From contig CALQJI020000012.1 of assembly GCA_943330855.2 (NCBI GenBank), positions 6,397 to 70,396 of the forward strand: 64,000 bases of DNA, written 5' to 3'. Shown here piece after piece: positions 47,279-55,301 of this stretch (positions within the stretch are counted from its first letter, which is position 1; each line of letters opens with the position of its first letter). Source of the DNA: Klebsiella pneumoniae. Its GTDB lineage: Bacteria; Verrucomicrobiota; Verrucomicrobiia; Limisphaerales; SXTU01. A model generated the notes under the pieces. The model did no database searches and was not told where the DNA came from. It saw only the letters and a list, made by a program, of their open reading frames with translations. The position numbers were made by a program, and so were the translations under genes.

Positions 47279-47334
47279 ACAGAGAACGCAGAACGCATGG
47301 TTCAAAGTTCAAAGTTCAAAGTTCAAAGTTCAAA
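47279..47334. repeat. Tandem heptamer arrays (CAGAACG)x2 then (GTTCAAA)x5 upstream of rny
   Basis: Read directly. Five perfect GTTCAAA units occupy 47300-47334, 64 nt upstream of the rny ATG at 47398. Confidence 0.9.
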
Positions 47335-47397
47335 GCGTAACTTCGTGCGCGTTGGGCTTCGGACTGACGATCTTGGCCCTTGGCCCTCCTCCCCCGC

Positions 47398-48963
47398 ATG
47401 AGCCTTCTCGCCGCATTTGGTCCCACCGAAGCCGGATGGGTGCTGCTCGGTGGCGTGTTCGGCTACGCTTACGTGCGCTACAAGGAGAGCGTTCGCCGCC
47501 GCGAGATTTCCAAACTGCGAGCCGCCGAGCTAGAGGCAGCGAAGCGCGAGGCCGAGTCCCTCCTCCGCGAGGCACGTGTGACCGCGAACGAGGAGTCCAT
47601 CAAGCTCCGTAGTCAGGCCGAGTTGGCCTACGTCACGCGCCAGCAGGAAGTCGCCGCCGCCGAGCAACGCCTTGCCCAGCGCGAGACGCTCATCACCACG
47701 CAGCTCGAAGGCTTCCTCCAACGCGAGAAGCACATCCAGTCCCAGCAAACCGCGCTCGACACCCGCGAGGGTTGTCTGGAAAAAGCCCGCACCGAAACTG
47801 ACGCCCTCACCCGCGAGCGCCGCGAACAGCTCGCCCGCGTCGCCCAACTCTCCGCCGAAGACGCCCGCGCGCAGTTGCTCAAAGATTGTGAAGTCACCGC
47901 GCTCCGCGACGCCAACGAACTTTCCCGCCGCATCCTCTCCGAGGCGAAGAGCAAGGCCGAGGACTCCGCGCGCCGCATCATTTCCATCGCCATCCAGCGC
48001 TACGCCGCGCAGCACACGCACGAAACCACCACCGCCACCATCACGCTGACCGGGGACGAACTGAAGGGCCGCATCATTGGCCGCGAAGGCCGGAACATCC
48101 GCGCGTTCGAGTCGCTGACGGGCGTGACGGTGTTGATAGACGACACACCCGGCGCGGTGGTGTTGAGCGGCTTCGACCCCGTCCGGCGCGAGATCGCGCG
48201 CGAGGCGATGCAGCGGCTCATCCTCGACGGACGCATCCACCCGACGCGCATCGAGGAAGTCGTCGCGAAGGTGAAAGAGGAGATGGAAGAGAGCGTGCGC
48301 AAGGCCGGCGAGGACGCCATCTTTCGCGCGGGCGTGCCGCCGTTGCACGAGGACATCGCGCAAGTGCTGGGGCGACTGAAGTTCCGCATGAGCTTCTCGC
48401 AAAATGTGCTCGACCACTCTGTCGAGGTCGCACACTTGACCGGTTTGATGGCGGCGGAACTCGGCTTGAACGTCCCCGCGGCCAAGCGCGCCGGCCTGCT
48501 CCACGACATCGGCAAGGCCCTCCAGCAAGACATGGAAGGCTCGCACGCGAAGATCGGTGCCGACTTCCTCCAGCGCCTCGGTGAAGCGCCGGACATCGTC
48601 AACGGCGTCGCTGCGCACCACGACGAAGTGCCGCACACCTGCCTCTGGGGCATCCTCGTGAGTGCCGCCGACGCCATGAGCGCCAGCCGCCCCGGCGCGC
48701 GCTCGGAGACGATGGACACTTACGTGAAGCGCTTGGAGAACCTGGAGAAAATCGGCCTGAGCTTCCCCGGTGTGGACAAGTGTTACGCCGTGCAGGCGGG
48801 CCGCGAACTCCGCGTCTTCGTCCAACCCGAGGTGCTCACCGACGACCAAGCCACCGAGCTGGCCCGCAACCTCTGTCGGAAGATCGAGGACGAGATGCAA
48901 TACCCCGGCCAGATCCGCGTGACCGTGATCCGCGAGACGCGCGCGGTGGAGTTTGCGAAGTAG
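47398..48963 (+). CDS. rny: Ribonuclease Y
   Basis: N-terminal TM helix, coiled coil, KH domain (GRIIGREGRNIRAFE) and HD domain (HSVEVAHL...LLHDIGK). I preferred the ATG at 47398 over the TTG track start at 47380. Confidence 0.9.
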   Translation: MSLLAAFGPTEAGWVLLGGVFGYAYVRYKESVRRREISKLRAAELEAAKREAESLLREARVTANEESIKLRSQAELAYVTRQQEVAAAEQRLAQRETLITTQLEGFLQREKHIQSQQTALDTREGCLEKARTETDALTRERREQLARVAQLSAEDARAQLLKDCEVTALRDANELSRRILSEAKSKAEDSARRIISIAIQRYAAQHTHETTTATITLTGDELKGRIIGREGRNIRAFESLTGVTVLIDDTPGAVVLSGFDPVRREIAREAMQRLILDGRIHPTRIEEVVAKVKEEMEESVRKAGEDAIFRAGVPPLHEDIAQVLGRLKFRMSFSQNVLDHSVEVAHLTGLMAAELGLNVPAAKRAGLLHDIGKALQQDMEGSHAKIGADFLQRLGEAPDIVNGVAAHHDEVPHTCLWGILVSAADAMSASRPGARSETMDTYVKRLENLEKIGLSFPGVDKCYAVQAGRELRVFVQPEVLTDDQATELARNLCRKIEDEMQYPGQIRVTVIRETRAVEFAK

Positions 48964-48979
48964 GCAACCGATTGGTTGC
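48964..48979. terminator. Short hairpin between convergent rny and plsC
   Basis: GCAACC-gatt-GGTTGC is a 6-bp stem. It is the only structure in the 28-nt gap. Weak. Confidence 0.3.
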
Positions 48980-48991
48980 GCACGCGCGGTT

Positions 48992-49636
48992 TTACTTCGC
49001 GTCTCTCACCGGCTCCAGCTTCGCAATCGTGGCCATGAGTTGGTCGGCGATTTCCTGGTAGATGGCTTTCAGGCGCGGCTTGGTGCAGGTCTTGGCTTCC
49101 TCGCGCAGGGTCTTGAAATCCATCGGCACGCCATATTTCACGATGACCCGGTGCGGGCGCGGAAGCTTCTGGTGCCGATGCCACGCCTCGAAGGTGCCGA
49201 AGACGCGCACGGGCACGACGGGGGCATCCGACTTGATGACGGTGAGGCCGATGCCGGCGCGGGCGGGCTGGAACTTCCCGTCCGCCGAGCGCGTGCCCTC
49301 GGGGAAGAGGATAACCACGCCGCCGTCGTGCAAGCGGTCGAGGATGCCTTTCAAGCCCGCCGCGCCCGCGCCATCGCGGTCCACGGGCACGCAGTTGAGC
49401 TGGCGCAGATACCAGCCGAAGGCGCGGGTGCGGAAGAGCGATTCGCGGGCGAGGTAATTGATGGGACGCGGCACGCCGCTGCCGATGAGCGGGGGGTCGA
49501 GGTAGCTGCTGTGGTTCGCCGCGATGATGACCGGGCCGGTGAGCGGCAGACGCTCGGGATTCAGCACTCGCCAGCGATGCCAGAGCCGGTAGTAGGCGCG
49601 GCAGGCGAGCCACGTGAGGCGATAGACGGGCTTCAT
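48992..49636 (-). CDS. plsC: 1-acyl-sn-glycerol-3-phosphate acyltransferase
   Basis: The HX4D motif lies in IIAANHSSYLDPP, followed by FPEGTRS. I used the ATG at 49634-49636. An alternative GTG at 49651 would overlap the cmk stop. Confidence 0.85.
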   Translation of the reverse strand: MKPVYRLTWLACRAYYRLWHRWRVLNPERLPLTGPVIIAANHSSYLDPPLIGSGVPRPINYLARESLFRTRAFGWYLRQLNCVPVDRDGAGAAGLKGILDRLHDGGVVILFPEGTRSADGKFQPARAGIGLTVIKSDAPVVPVRVFGTFEAWHRHQKLPRPHRVIVKYGVPMDFKTLREEAKTCTKPRLKAIYQEIADQLMATIAKLEPVRDAK

Positions 49637-49647
49637 GCGCGGCGCGC

Positions 49648-50328
49648 TCACGCCACCGGCTTCAGCGGCACCAGTCGGTTGGCTTTCCGCCGCTCGTTGA
49701 TTTCCGCGAGCATGAGGTCGCAGGTCTGCTGCACGACCTGGTGCGAGTTATCAATAATCATTGCGCCCAGCGAGGGCATGAGCGGGGAGTGGGCGCGCTG
49801 GCTGTCGCGCTTGTCGCGCGCGTGGACGTCTTCCTTCACGCCGTCGCGCTCGCGTCGGAACTTGCGGACCTCGGGGCTGGCATCGAGGAAGAACTTGTAG
49901 TCCGTCTCCGGGAAGATGTTGGAGCCGATGTCGCGGCCTTCCATGACGCAACTGCCGAACTGGAGGCACTCGCGCTGCTTGGCCTTCATCCAGTCGCGGA
50001 CGGCGCGGATTTGCGCGACATGGGCGACGGCGGCGCTGGCCTCGGAGGTGCGGATTTCTGCTGCGGGATAATAGCCGTCCACGAGCAGGCGCACATGGGC
50101 GTCGGCGACGACGAGCGAGGTCTTCCACTTGCGGCAGAGCGCGGCGACCTTCTTGTCGTCGTTCACATCCACCTTCATGCGGAGGCAATGCCACGCGAGC
50201 GTGCGATACATCGCACCGGTGTCCACGGTGAGCAGGCCGAGCATCTGCGCGAGGCGACGAGAGGTGACGCCCTTGCCGCTGGCGCTGGGCCCGTCAATGG
50301 CGATGACGTAGGGTTTGGTGTGGGGCAT
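49648..50328 (-). CDS. cmk: (d)CMP kinase
   Basis: The P-loop lies in VIAIDGPSASGKG, with TGAMYR following. I used the ATG at 50326-50328. Confidence 0.9.
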   Translation of the reverse strand: MPHTKPYVIAIDGPSASGKGVTSRRLAQMLGLLTVDTGAMYRTLAWHCLRMKVDVNDDKKVAALCRKWKTSLVVADAHVRLLVDGYYPAAEIRTSEASAAVAHVAQIRAVRDWMKAKQRECLQFGSCVMEGRDIGSNIFPETDYKFFLDASPEVRKFRRERDGVKEDVHARDKRDSQRAHSPLMPSLGAMIIDNSHQVVQQTCDLMLAEINERRKANRLVPLKPVA

Positions 50329-50335
50329 GGGATTT

Positions 50336-50371
50336 TTAACGCAAGGGCGCAAAGACGCAGAGACGCAAAGC
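50336..50371. repeat. Octamer array copy i (TTAA-CGCAAGGG-CGCAAAGA-CGCAGAGA-CGCAAAGC), cmk leader
   Basis: Read directly. It lies between the cmk ATG (50328) and the GxxExxY stop (50371). Confidence 0.9.
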
Positions 50372-50763
50372 TAGGAGTCAGGAAGGCCGTTGGCGACGCG
50401 GTGGATGCCGTCTTTCACGTAACGCTCACCGAAGTTGATGACCAAGCCGAGTCGCAGGTCAGTCAGGCGCAGGTAGGTGAGTAGTTGAGCGGAAAAGACC
50501 GGATTCCATTCCGTGACCGCCTTGTTGTCCACGAGCACTAGGCCGCCAACCCTCAAGTCCAGCCGGAGCGGGGTGGCGAGGATGTGGCCCTTGTAGTTGA
50601 TCGGGACGGGCACTTGGCGCTCCACGGTCAAACCAGCCGCTCTCAACTCGAAAACCAACGCCTCTTCGTAAACGGACTCCAGCAAGCCCGGCCCGCCGAG
50701 CGTGCGATGCACCTCGATGGCGCAAGCCACGATGACCTTGGTGATTTCGTTCTCGCGGCTCAT
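50371..50763 (-). CDS. GxxExxY protein (PD-(D/E)XK nuclease superfamily)
   Basis: The family-defining motif lies in GPGLLESVYEEAL. 130 aa. ATG at 50761-50763. Confidence 0.85.
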   Translation of the reverse strand: MSRENEITKVIVACAIEVHRTLGGPGLLESVYEEALVFELRAAGLTVERQVPVPINYKGHILATPLRLDLRVGGLVLVDNKAVTEWNPVFSAQLLTYLRLTDLRLGLVINFGERYVKDGIHRVANGLPDS

Positions 50764-50767
50764 GGAT

Positions 50768-50804
50768 TTAACGCAAAGACGCAAGGGCGCAAAGACGCAA
50801 GGAA
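50768..50804. repeat. Octamer array copy ii (direct repeat of copy i), GxxExxY leader
   Basis: ttaacgcaaagacgcaagggcgcaaagacgcaagga lies immediately upstream of the GxxExxY ATG, just as copy i lies upstream of the cmk ATG. Confidence 0.9.
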
Positions 50805-50866
50805 GGCATGGAACAGGCAGACAACGGCTCCGGTTCGCCCGGCGTGACTCTTCAAATTGTTCTTCA

Positions 50867-50902
50867 TCTTTGCGCCTTTGCGTCTTTGCGTCCTTGCGTT
50901 AA
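50867..50902. repeat. Octamer array copy iii (inverted relative to i and ii)
   Basis: tctttgcgcctttgcgtctttgcgtccttgcgttaa. Its reverse complement matches copy ii at about 31 of 36 positions. It abuts the stop of the aroA 3' remnant. Confidence 0.9.
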
Positions 50903-51035
50903 TCGGCAAATAGCTCCTCCACCGTGAGCTTGCGGCCGGTGGCGGCGTCGCGGATTTCGGCGCCGAGGCCGTGGGGGGGGGGTGGCGAGCTTCTGGAAAA
51001 AGTTGGGGAAGGTCTTCTTCACGCAGGCGGGATCC
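50899..51035 (-). pseudogene. Displaced duplicate of the aroA 3' end (remnant, frameshifted at a G10 tract)
   Basis: Nt 50984-51034 align with 51534-51584 at about 41 of 51 positions by hand. The remnant encodes DPACVKKTFPNFFQKLA...HGLGAEIRDAATGRKLTVEELFAD*. Intact aroA reads NPSCVKKTFPNFFQKLAAKLEDGGLGV...KLAVPDLFAS*. The G10 run is at 50973-50982. Confidence 0.7.
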
Positions 51036-51102
51036 TATGTCCTTATTTCATTGAGCAAATCATTTCGGCAACATCGGCAGTGACGGAAGTTGCTAGCTGC
51101 GG

Positions 51103-51429
51103 TCATAGAACTCGCCACAACGCGAACAATAAAAACACAACAACCACAATCAAGGCCGCAAGTCTGGCGGTCTGCTCATACCGCTCATAGAATTCCGGCC
51201 TGTTCTTCACCCTTTCTGAAGCCTCGGCATCGCGCTTTGCAGCCTCTCGTTCTCGAACCTGAGCCTGTTTTTCTATGGCGAGGCCTGCTACTCGGAGTCG
51301 GATGTAAATGGCCTTGGCCTTTTCTTTGTCTCCTTCTGCATCGGAAAATGCGCGCGCCCATACGCCTGCTTGAACACTGCCGTCCAACAGCTCTTTCGCT
51401 ACCTCCTCGTAGAATTTGTCGTCTTGCAT
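51103..51429 (-). CDS. Small membrane-anchored hypothetical protein (108 aa) carried by the aroA 3' cassette
   Basis: MQDDKFYEEVAKELLDGSVQAGVWARAFSDAEGDKEKAKAIYIRLRV... with a C-terminal TM segment LAALIVVVVFLLFALW. The ATG at 51427-51429 lies 7 nt after the aroA stop. The region is AT-rich relative to its surroundings. Confidence 0.55.
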   Translation of the reverse strand: MQDDKFYEEVAKELLDGSVQAGVWARAFSDAEGDKEKAKAIYIRLRVAGLAIEKQAQVREREAAKRDAEASERVKNRPEFYERYEQTARLAALIVVVVFLLFALWRVL

Positions 51430-51436
51430 AAGTAGC

Positions 51437-52825
51437 TCAGGAGGCAAAAAGGTCAGGAACAGCGAGTTTTTCCCTACTCGCTGAAGATGCGTTCAGAATC
51501 GTCACCCCCAACCCCCCGTCTTCGAGCTTCGCAGCCAGCTTCTGGAAAAAATTGGGAAAAGTTTTCTTCACACAAGACGGATTCTTGATGCGGATGCCCT
51601 GCACTCTCAAGCCGAGAATGGCGAAGCACATCGCCATGCGGTGGTCGTGGTAGGTCTCGATTTCCGCGCCGTGGAGCGCGGAGGGATAAACCGTCAGCGT
51701 GTCGCCCTCTTCACGAACATCCGCGCCGCACTTAGTCAGCTCTGTTCGCAGCGCAATTACACGTTCGCACTCCTGCACGCGGAGTCGTCCGAGGTCAGTA
51801 AAGCGCCGTGGTGCGAGATTGAGCACTGAGTTGGTGGTCGGTTTGCCTGACGGAAAGAGCTGCTGGTGTTGAAATGGCGGTCGGTTGAACGGCGCTTTGA
51901 CAATCGCAACCATGATGCTGTCCGCGATATGGTTCTTTCTGGAAATGGCTTCAAGTTGGAGGTCTCGAAGTTCTCGGTATTTGGCGTCGATCTGCCAATC
52001 GCTGGTCGGCCAATCCTTGACGATGATGCGGTTCTTCTCAGCTCGCTCACCATTGGGAAAAGGACGAATCCATTGAAGCCAATCCGCTGCCCAAAAATAT
52101 CCGCAACTCGACGCGTCCGGCTCGATTTGGAATTCGCCGCCCTTGGCCGGGAAGACCTTCACCAACTCGCGGGTCATGTCCACGTAGGGCAGTTCGTCCT
52201 CGTTCGCGCCGGTGATTTCCACCTGCCAGCCACCCACGCTGCCAGACAGCAACAGCGCGGAGGCGAACTGCGAGCTTTCCACCACGCTGACCGTCGCTGA
52301 CCGCTGACCGCTGACCGCTGGCCTCTGACTGCTGATGACGGCGGGCAGCTTGTCATTCGGCGAGTCCACGCGATACCCCAACTCGCGCAACGCGGCGAAG
52401 AGCGCGGCTTGCGGGCGCTCGTGCATCCGGGGCACGCCGCTGAGGCGATACACGCCATCGCCGAGGCAGACCATCGCCGCGAGGAAGCGCGCCGCCGTGC
52501 CCGCGTTGCCCACGAACAGCTCCAGCGGCTGCTCCGTCGTGCCCGCGCGCGGGAGGCGTCCGCCCAGGCCGTCCACGGTGATGGTGCGGTTGCAGGACTC
52601 GGCGGGGTCGGGCTGCACATCCACGGTGAAGCCGAGCGTGCGGAGGCAGTCGGTCATCACCTGCGTGTCCTCGCTCCAGAGCGCGCCGCGCAACGTGGTG
52701 CGACCGTCGGCCAGCGCGGCGAGGATGAGGGCTCGGTTGGTGATGCTCTTGGAGCCGGGCACGGTGATCTCCGCGCGCACGGGGGACGTGAGCGGGACAA
52801 TCTCGATGAGCGGCGGCAGCGACAC
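51437..52825 (-). CDS. aroA: 3-phosphoshikimate 1-carboxyvinyltransferase (EPSP synthase)
   Basis: VPGSKSITNRALILAALADG, VGNAGTAARFL, ESSQFASALLL and HDHRMAMCFAILGL are present. GTG start at 52823-52825. Confidence 0.9.
   Translation of the reverse strand: MSLPPLIEIVPLTSPVRAEITVPGSKSITNRALILAALADGRTTLRGALWSEDTQVMTDCLRTLGFTVDVQPDPAESCNRTITVDGLGGRLPRAGTTEQPLELFVGNAGTAARFLAAMVCLGDGVYRLSGVPRMHERPQAALFAALRELGYRVDSPNDKLPAVISSQRPAVSGQRSATVSVVESSQFASALLLSGSVGGWQVEITGANEDELPYVDMTRELVKVFPAKGGEFQIEPDASSCGYFWAADWLQWIRPFPNGERAEKNRIIVKDWPTSDWQIDAKYRELRDLQLEAISRKNHIADSIMVAIVKAPFNRPPFQHQQLFPSGKPTTNSVLNLAPRRFTDLGRLRVQECERVIALRTELTKCGADVREEGDTLTVYPSALHGAEIETYHDHRMAMCFAILGLRVQGIRIKNPSCVKKTFPNFFQKLAAKLEDGGLGVTILNASSASREKLAVPDLFAS
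52286..52323. repeat. Tandem heptamer array (GCTGACC)x~4-5 inside the aroA CDS
   Basis: Read directly: gctgacc gtc gctgacc gctgacc gctgacc gctggcc. It encodes SSQRPAVSGQRSATVS on the minus strand. Confidence 0.85.
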
Positions 52826-52835
52826 GGGGAGGGAA

Positions 52836-52860
52836 AGTGATTAGTGAGGAGTGATTAGTA
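52836..52860. repeat. Direct repeat AGTGATTAGT (14-nt period, 2 copies) in the aroA 5' leader
   Basis: agtgattagtgaggagtgattagta lies 11-35 nt upstream of the aroA start. It shares the GATTAG core with the array at 40956. Confidence 0.75.
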
Positions 52861-52997
52861 AATAGGGAAGAGGCTCAACTCTGTCGCGAGGGGGTGCGGC
52901 AAGCTGATCGAGGAGTCCGCGTGTCGGGAGAAGGAGCTACTGGGGAGTTCAAAGTCTGCTTCCTTCACGGGGCATTTCTCAGCATCCTAGACCGCGC

Positions 52998-53756
52998 ATG
53001 AGCTCCGATAAAAAACTCTCCGGAAAAGTCGCCGTCATCACCGGCGCGAGCCGCGGCCTTGGCAAAGCCATGGCCATCGCCTTCGCCGACGCGGGGGCTC
53101 GCCTCGCGCTCGTCTCGCGTGACATGACGCTGCTCGCTGAAGTTCAGGCTGCTTGCCGCGAGCGCGGCGCCGAGGTGGAAATTTACCAAGTGGACGTGAC
53201 GAGCGAGGCGCAGGTGGAGCAGTTGCGGCAGGCGGTGCTCGCCCGCTTCGGCCCGCCGACCATCCTCGTCAACAACGCGGGCATCAACATCCGCAAGCCC
53301 GTCACCGAGTTCTCGCTCGCCGAGTGGCATCAGATACTCGACACGAACCTGACGAGCGTCTTCCTCCTCTGCCGCGCCTTCGTGCCGCACTTGGAGAAGG
53401 GGTGTGGGCGCATCATCAACCTTTCCTCCATGATGGCGCACGTCTCCATCGCGCACCGCGTGCCCTACTCGGCGAGCAAGGCCGGCATCATGGGCCTGAC
53501 CAAATCCCTCGCGCTCGAACTCGCCGCGCAAGGCATCACCGTCAACGCCATCAGCCCCGGCCCGTGCGCGACGGAGATCAACGCGCCGATTCTCAACAAC
53601 CCCGAGTTGCTCGCGAAGTTCACCGCCCAGCTCCCCGTGGGCCGTTTCGGCAAGCCCGAGGAAGTCGCGGCCCTCGCCGTGTTTCTCGCCTCCGGTGACT
53701 CCGGCTTCATCACCGGCACCGACGTGGTGATTGATGGCGGATGGATCGCCCAATAA
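52998..53756 (+). CDS. SDR-family oxidoreductase (FabG/gluconate-5-dehydrogenase-like)
   Basis: The cofactor motif is TGASRGLGKA, followed by NNAG and the catalytic YSASK. 252 aa. Confidence 0.85.
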   Translation: MSSDKKLSGKVAVITGASRGLGKAMAIAFADAGARLALVSRDMTLLAEVQAACRERGAEVEIYQVDVTSEAQVEQLRQAVLARFGPPTILVNNAGINIRKPVTEFSLAEWHQILDTNLTSVFLLCRAFVPHLEKGCGRIINLSSMMAHVSIAHRVPYSASKAGIMGLTKSLALELAAQGITVNAISPGPCATEINAPILNNPELLAKFTAQLPVGRFGKPEEVAALAVFLASGDSGFITGTDVVIDGGWIAQ

Positions 53757-53764
53757 CGGAACGC

Positions 53765-54055
53765 ATGGATTCCCCTGCCCCAACCGATGTTCCCCCGATG
53801 CGTGGAAGGGCGCTCTGGGCTGCGCGGCTGCGACGCTTCGGTCAACTCGGCCTGACCGTTGTCCTACTCGCGATTGGCGCGCTGTGGGGGCATGAGTTAT
53901 TCGTGGACCCGGCGGACCGCCAAATTGGGAAACTCTTCGTCTTGTTGGTCCTCCTGCCCCTCGGGGTCCTTGCGTCCATGTCCCTCGGCGTCGCGTGGAC
54001 ACTGGATCGTGGGGCTGGGGAACAGCGGCGAGGTGGTGGGCCCGACCGGATTTGA
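53765..54055 (+). CDS. Hypothetical two-TM membrane protein (weak call)
   Basis: An ORF with two hydrophobic segments (LGLTVVLLAIGALW, LFVLLVLLPLGVLASM). Its 3' end overlaps the tRNA gene on the other strand by about 22 nt. No family recognised. Confidence 0.3.
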   Translation: MDSPAPTDVPPMRGRALWAARLRRFGQLGLTVVLLAIGALWGHELFVDPADRQIGKLFVLLVLLPLGVLASMSLGVAWTLDRGAGEQRRGGGPDRI

Positions 54056-54109
54056 ACCGGTAACCAAGCGATTATGAGTCGCCTGCTCTAACCATTGAGC
54101 TACGGGCCC
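54034..54109 (-). tRNA. tRNA with CAT anticodon (elongator Met, or Ile2 if lysidinylated), CCA encoded
   Basis: The reverse complement folds by hand into a cloverleaf: GGGCCCG TA GCTC AATGGTTA GAGC A GGCGA CTCATAA TCGCT TGGTT ACCGG TTCAAAT CCGGT CGGGCCC A CCA. The G1:C72 pair argues against an initiator. Confidence 0.85.
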
Positions 54110-54224
54110 GACTACTGTGGAGTTTTGAGAAGGCAGGTGAGCGGGTGCAAGCGAATTGTCCTGTGCTTGGTTTGGCGCGGTGCGGTCTGGCCCTGCTTCT
54201 CGGAACTGCGGTCGCGACTTGAAA

Positions 54225-55076
54225 TCACCGCTTCTTCAACCGCTTGGCGGCTTCGACTTGGGCTGCTTTCCACCGGCGTTCCCAGTCGTCCCAGTGAGCG
54301 GCCCAGTCCTCCCCGGTGAGTTGTTTGCGGGCGTTTGGTAGCAGTGTGGAGAGGGTGTCGAGGTCGCGTTGGAGGTTTTTTGTTTCCTTCCAAGTCAGCC
54401 AGGTCTCGATGAGTTCGAGATGGTTTTCGGGGAAATCCGGGGCTAGCTCTACGGCGCGGAGCAGGTGTGCGCGCGCCTTGGCCTTGCTGCCGACGCTGAT
54501 GGGCCAGCCGGGAGCGTCGCGGTAGAGCTGGCCGAGGCAGCGGTCGGGACCGGCGTGATCAAGGCGTGGGTTCATGCCGCCGGCGAGTTTGAGGCCGAGC
54601 TCCAGCTCCTTGACGATACCGAGGGCTTCGAGCCACTTCGTGCGGGCCATCTGGCCGAGGTTCATCGCGAGGTAGTAATGGCCCTCCGGCACGGTCGGCG
54701 CGCGGAGGGTCACGGCGCGGCAGATGCCAATGCCTTCGTTGGCTAGCGACTTGCGAGCCTCGTCGTCCACGGCGAACTCAGCCCGCCAAAAGCACGCTTG
54801 GCCCAACGCCCACGCCGCCGGGATGTTGTTGGTGTCGGCTTGGAATTTCTTGCGGGCAGCGATGAGCTTGATTTGCGCCGTGTCAGAGAATTTGGCCGAA
54901 AGCGTGGACATGGGGATGTCGGCGGGCTTTTGGAGCGGCGGAGCGGGCGCTGCGGCGGACGGCAGGGCCAGCAGAATGGCCGCGAGCACGAGGCCGGGGA
55001 AGGAGCACGGAGCTGTGTGCCGATTCGGGATTGTGGCGGCGGAAATTGGCGTTGCGCTGCTTTTGCCTCGCTCCAT
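54225..55076 (-). CDS. Secreted helical-repeat (TPR-like) hypothetical protein
   Basis: A signal-like segment (LVLAAILLALPSAAA) is followed by alpha-helical repeat-like sequence (GHYYLAMNLGQMA..., AHLLRAVELAPDFPENH). The family is not identified. Confidence 0.5.
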   Translation of the reverse strand: MERGKSSATPISAATIPNRHTAPCSFPGLVLAAILLALPSAAAPAPPLQKPADIPMSTLSAKFSDTAQIKLIAARKKFQADTNNIPAAWALGQACFWRAEFAVDDEARKSLANEGIGICRAVTLRAPTVPEGHYYLAMNLGQMARTKWLEALGIVKELELGLKLAGGMNPRLDHAGPDRCLGQLYRDAPGWPISVGSKAKARAHLLRAVELAPDFPENHLELIETWLTWKETKNLQRDLDTLSTLLPNARKQLTGEDWAAHWDDWERRWKAAQVEAAKRLKKR

Positions 55077-55087
55077 ATAGTGTTGCG

Positions 55088-55297
55088 ATGCGTTTTAGTT
55101 GGAAACGGCCCCTGTTGGCAATCCTCCCCGTGCTCGCGCTCGGGCTGGTGGGCTGCGGCGGTTTCCACACATCGCAGTCGGTCTCACCGGCCACATTCCT
55201 GTTGCCACGGCTGATTCATTCGACACCTCAATTCACCCCTGCCGAGCGTTTCGACGTCGTGCGGGAGCCGGCGTCCCCAATCGCTTCAATTCAGTAA
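55088..55297 (+). CDS. Small putative lipoprotein (69 aa)
   Basis: MRFSWKRPLLAILPVLALGLVGCGG carries a lipobox L-V-G-C. ATG at 55088. It ends 4 nt before hpnH. Confidence 0.45.
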   Translation: MRFSWKRPLLAILPVLALGLVGCGGFHTSQSVSPATFLLPRLIHSTPQFTPAERFDVVREPASPIASIQ

Positions 55298-55301
55298 TCC
55301 T

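Noticed and set aside
47300-47334. Possible CRISPR-like arrays, tested against the tandem repeats here and at 40956, 44944, 50336 and elsewhere
   Set aside because: The period is only 7-8 nt with no unique spacers, the total length is under 60 nt, and no cas genes are present. These are simple tandem arrays, not CRISPR.
50973-50982. The G10 homopolymer as a phase-variation switch
   Set aside because: It lies inside the displaced, non-functional aroA 3' remnant, so length changes should have no expression consequence. I noted it only as the cause of the remnant's frameshift.
54034-54109. Initiator tRNA-fMet assignment for the CAT tRNA
   Set aside because: Positions 1 and 72 form a G:C pair, and the anticodon stem (GGCGA/TCGCT) lacks the three consecutive G:C pairs typical of bacterial initiators. 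The choice between elongator Met and Ile2 remains open.
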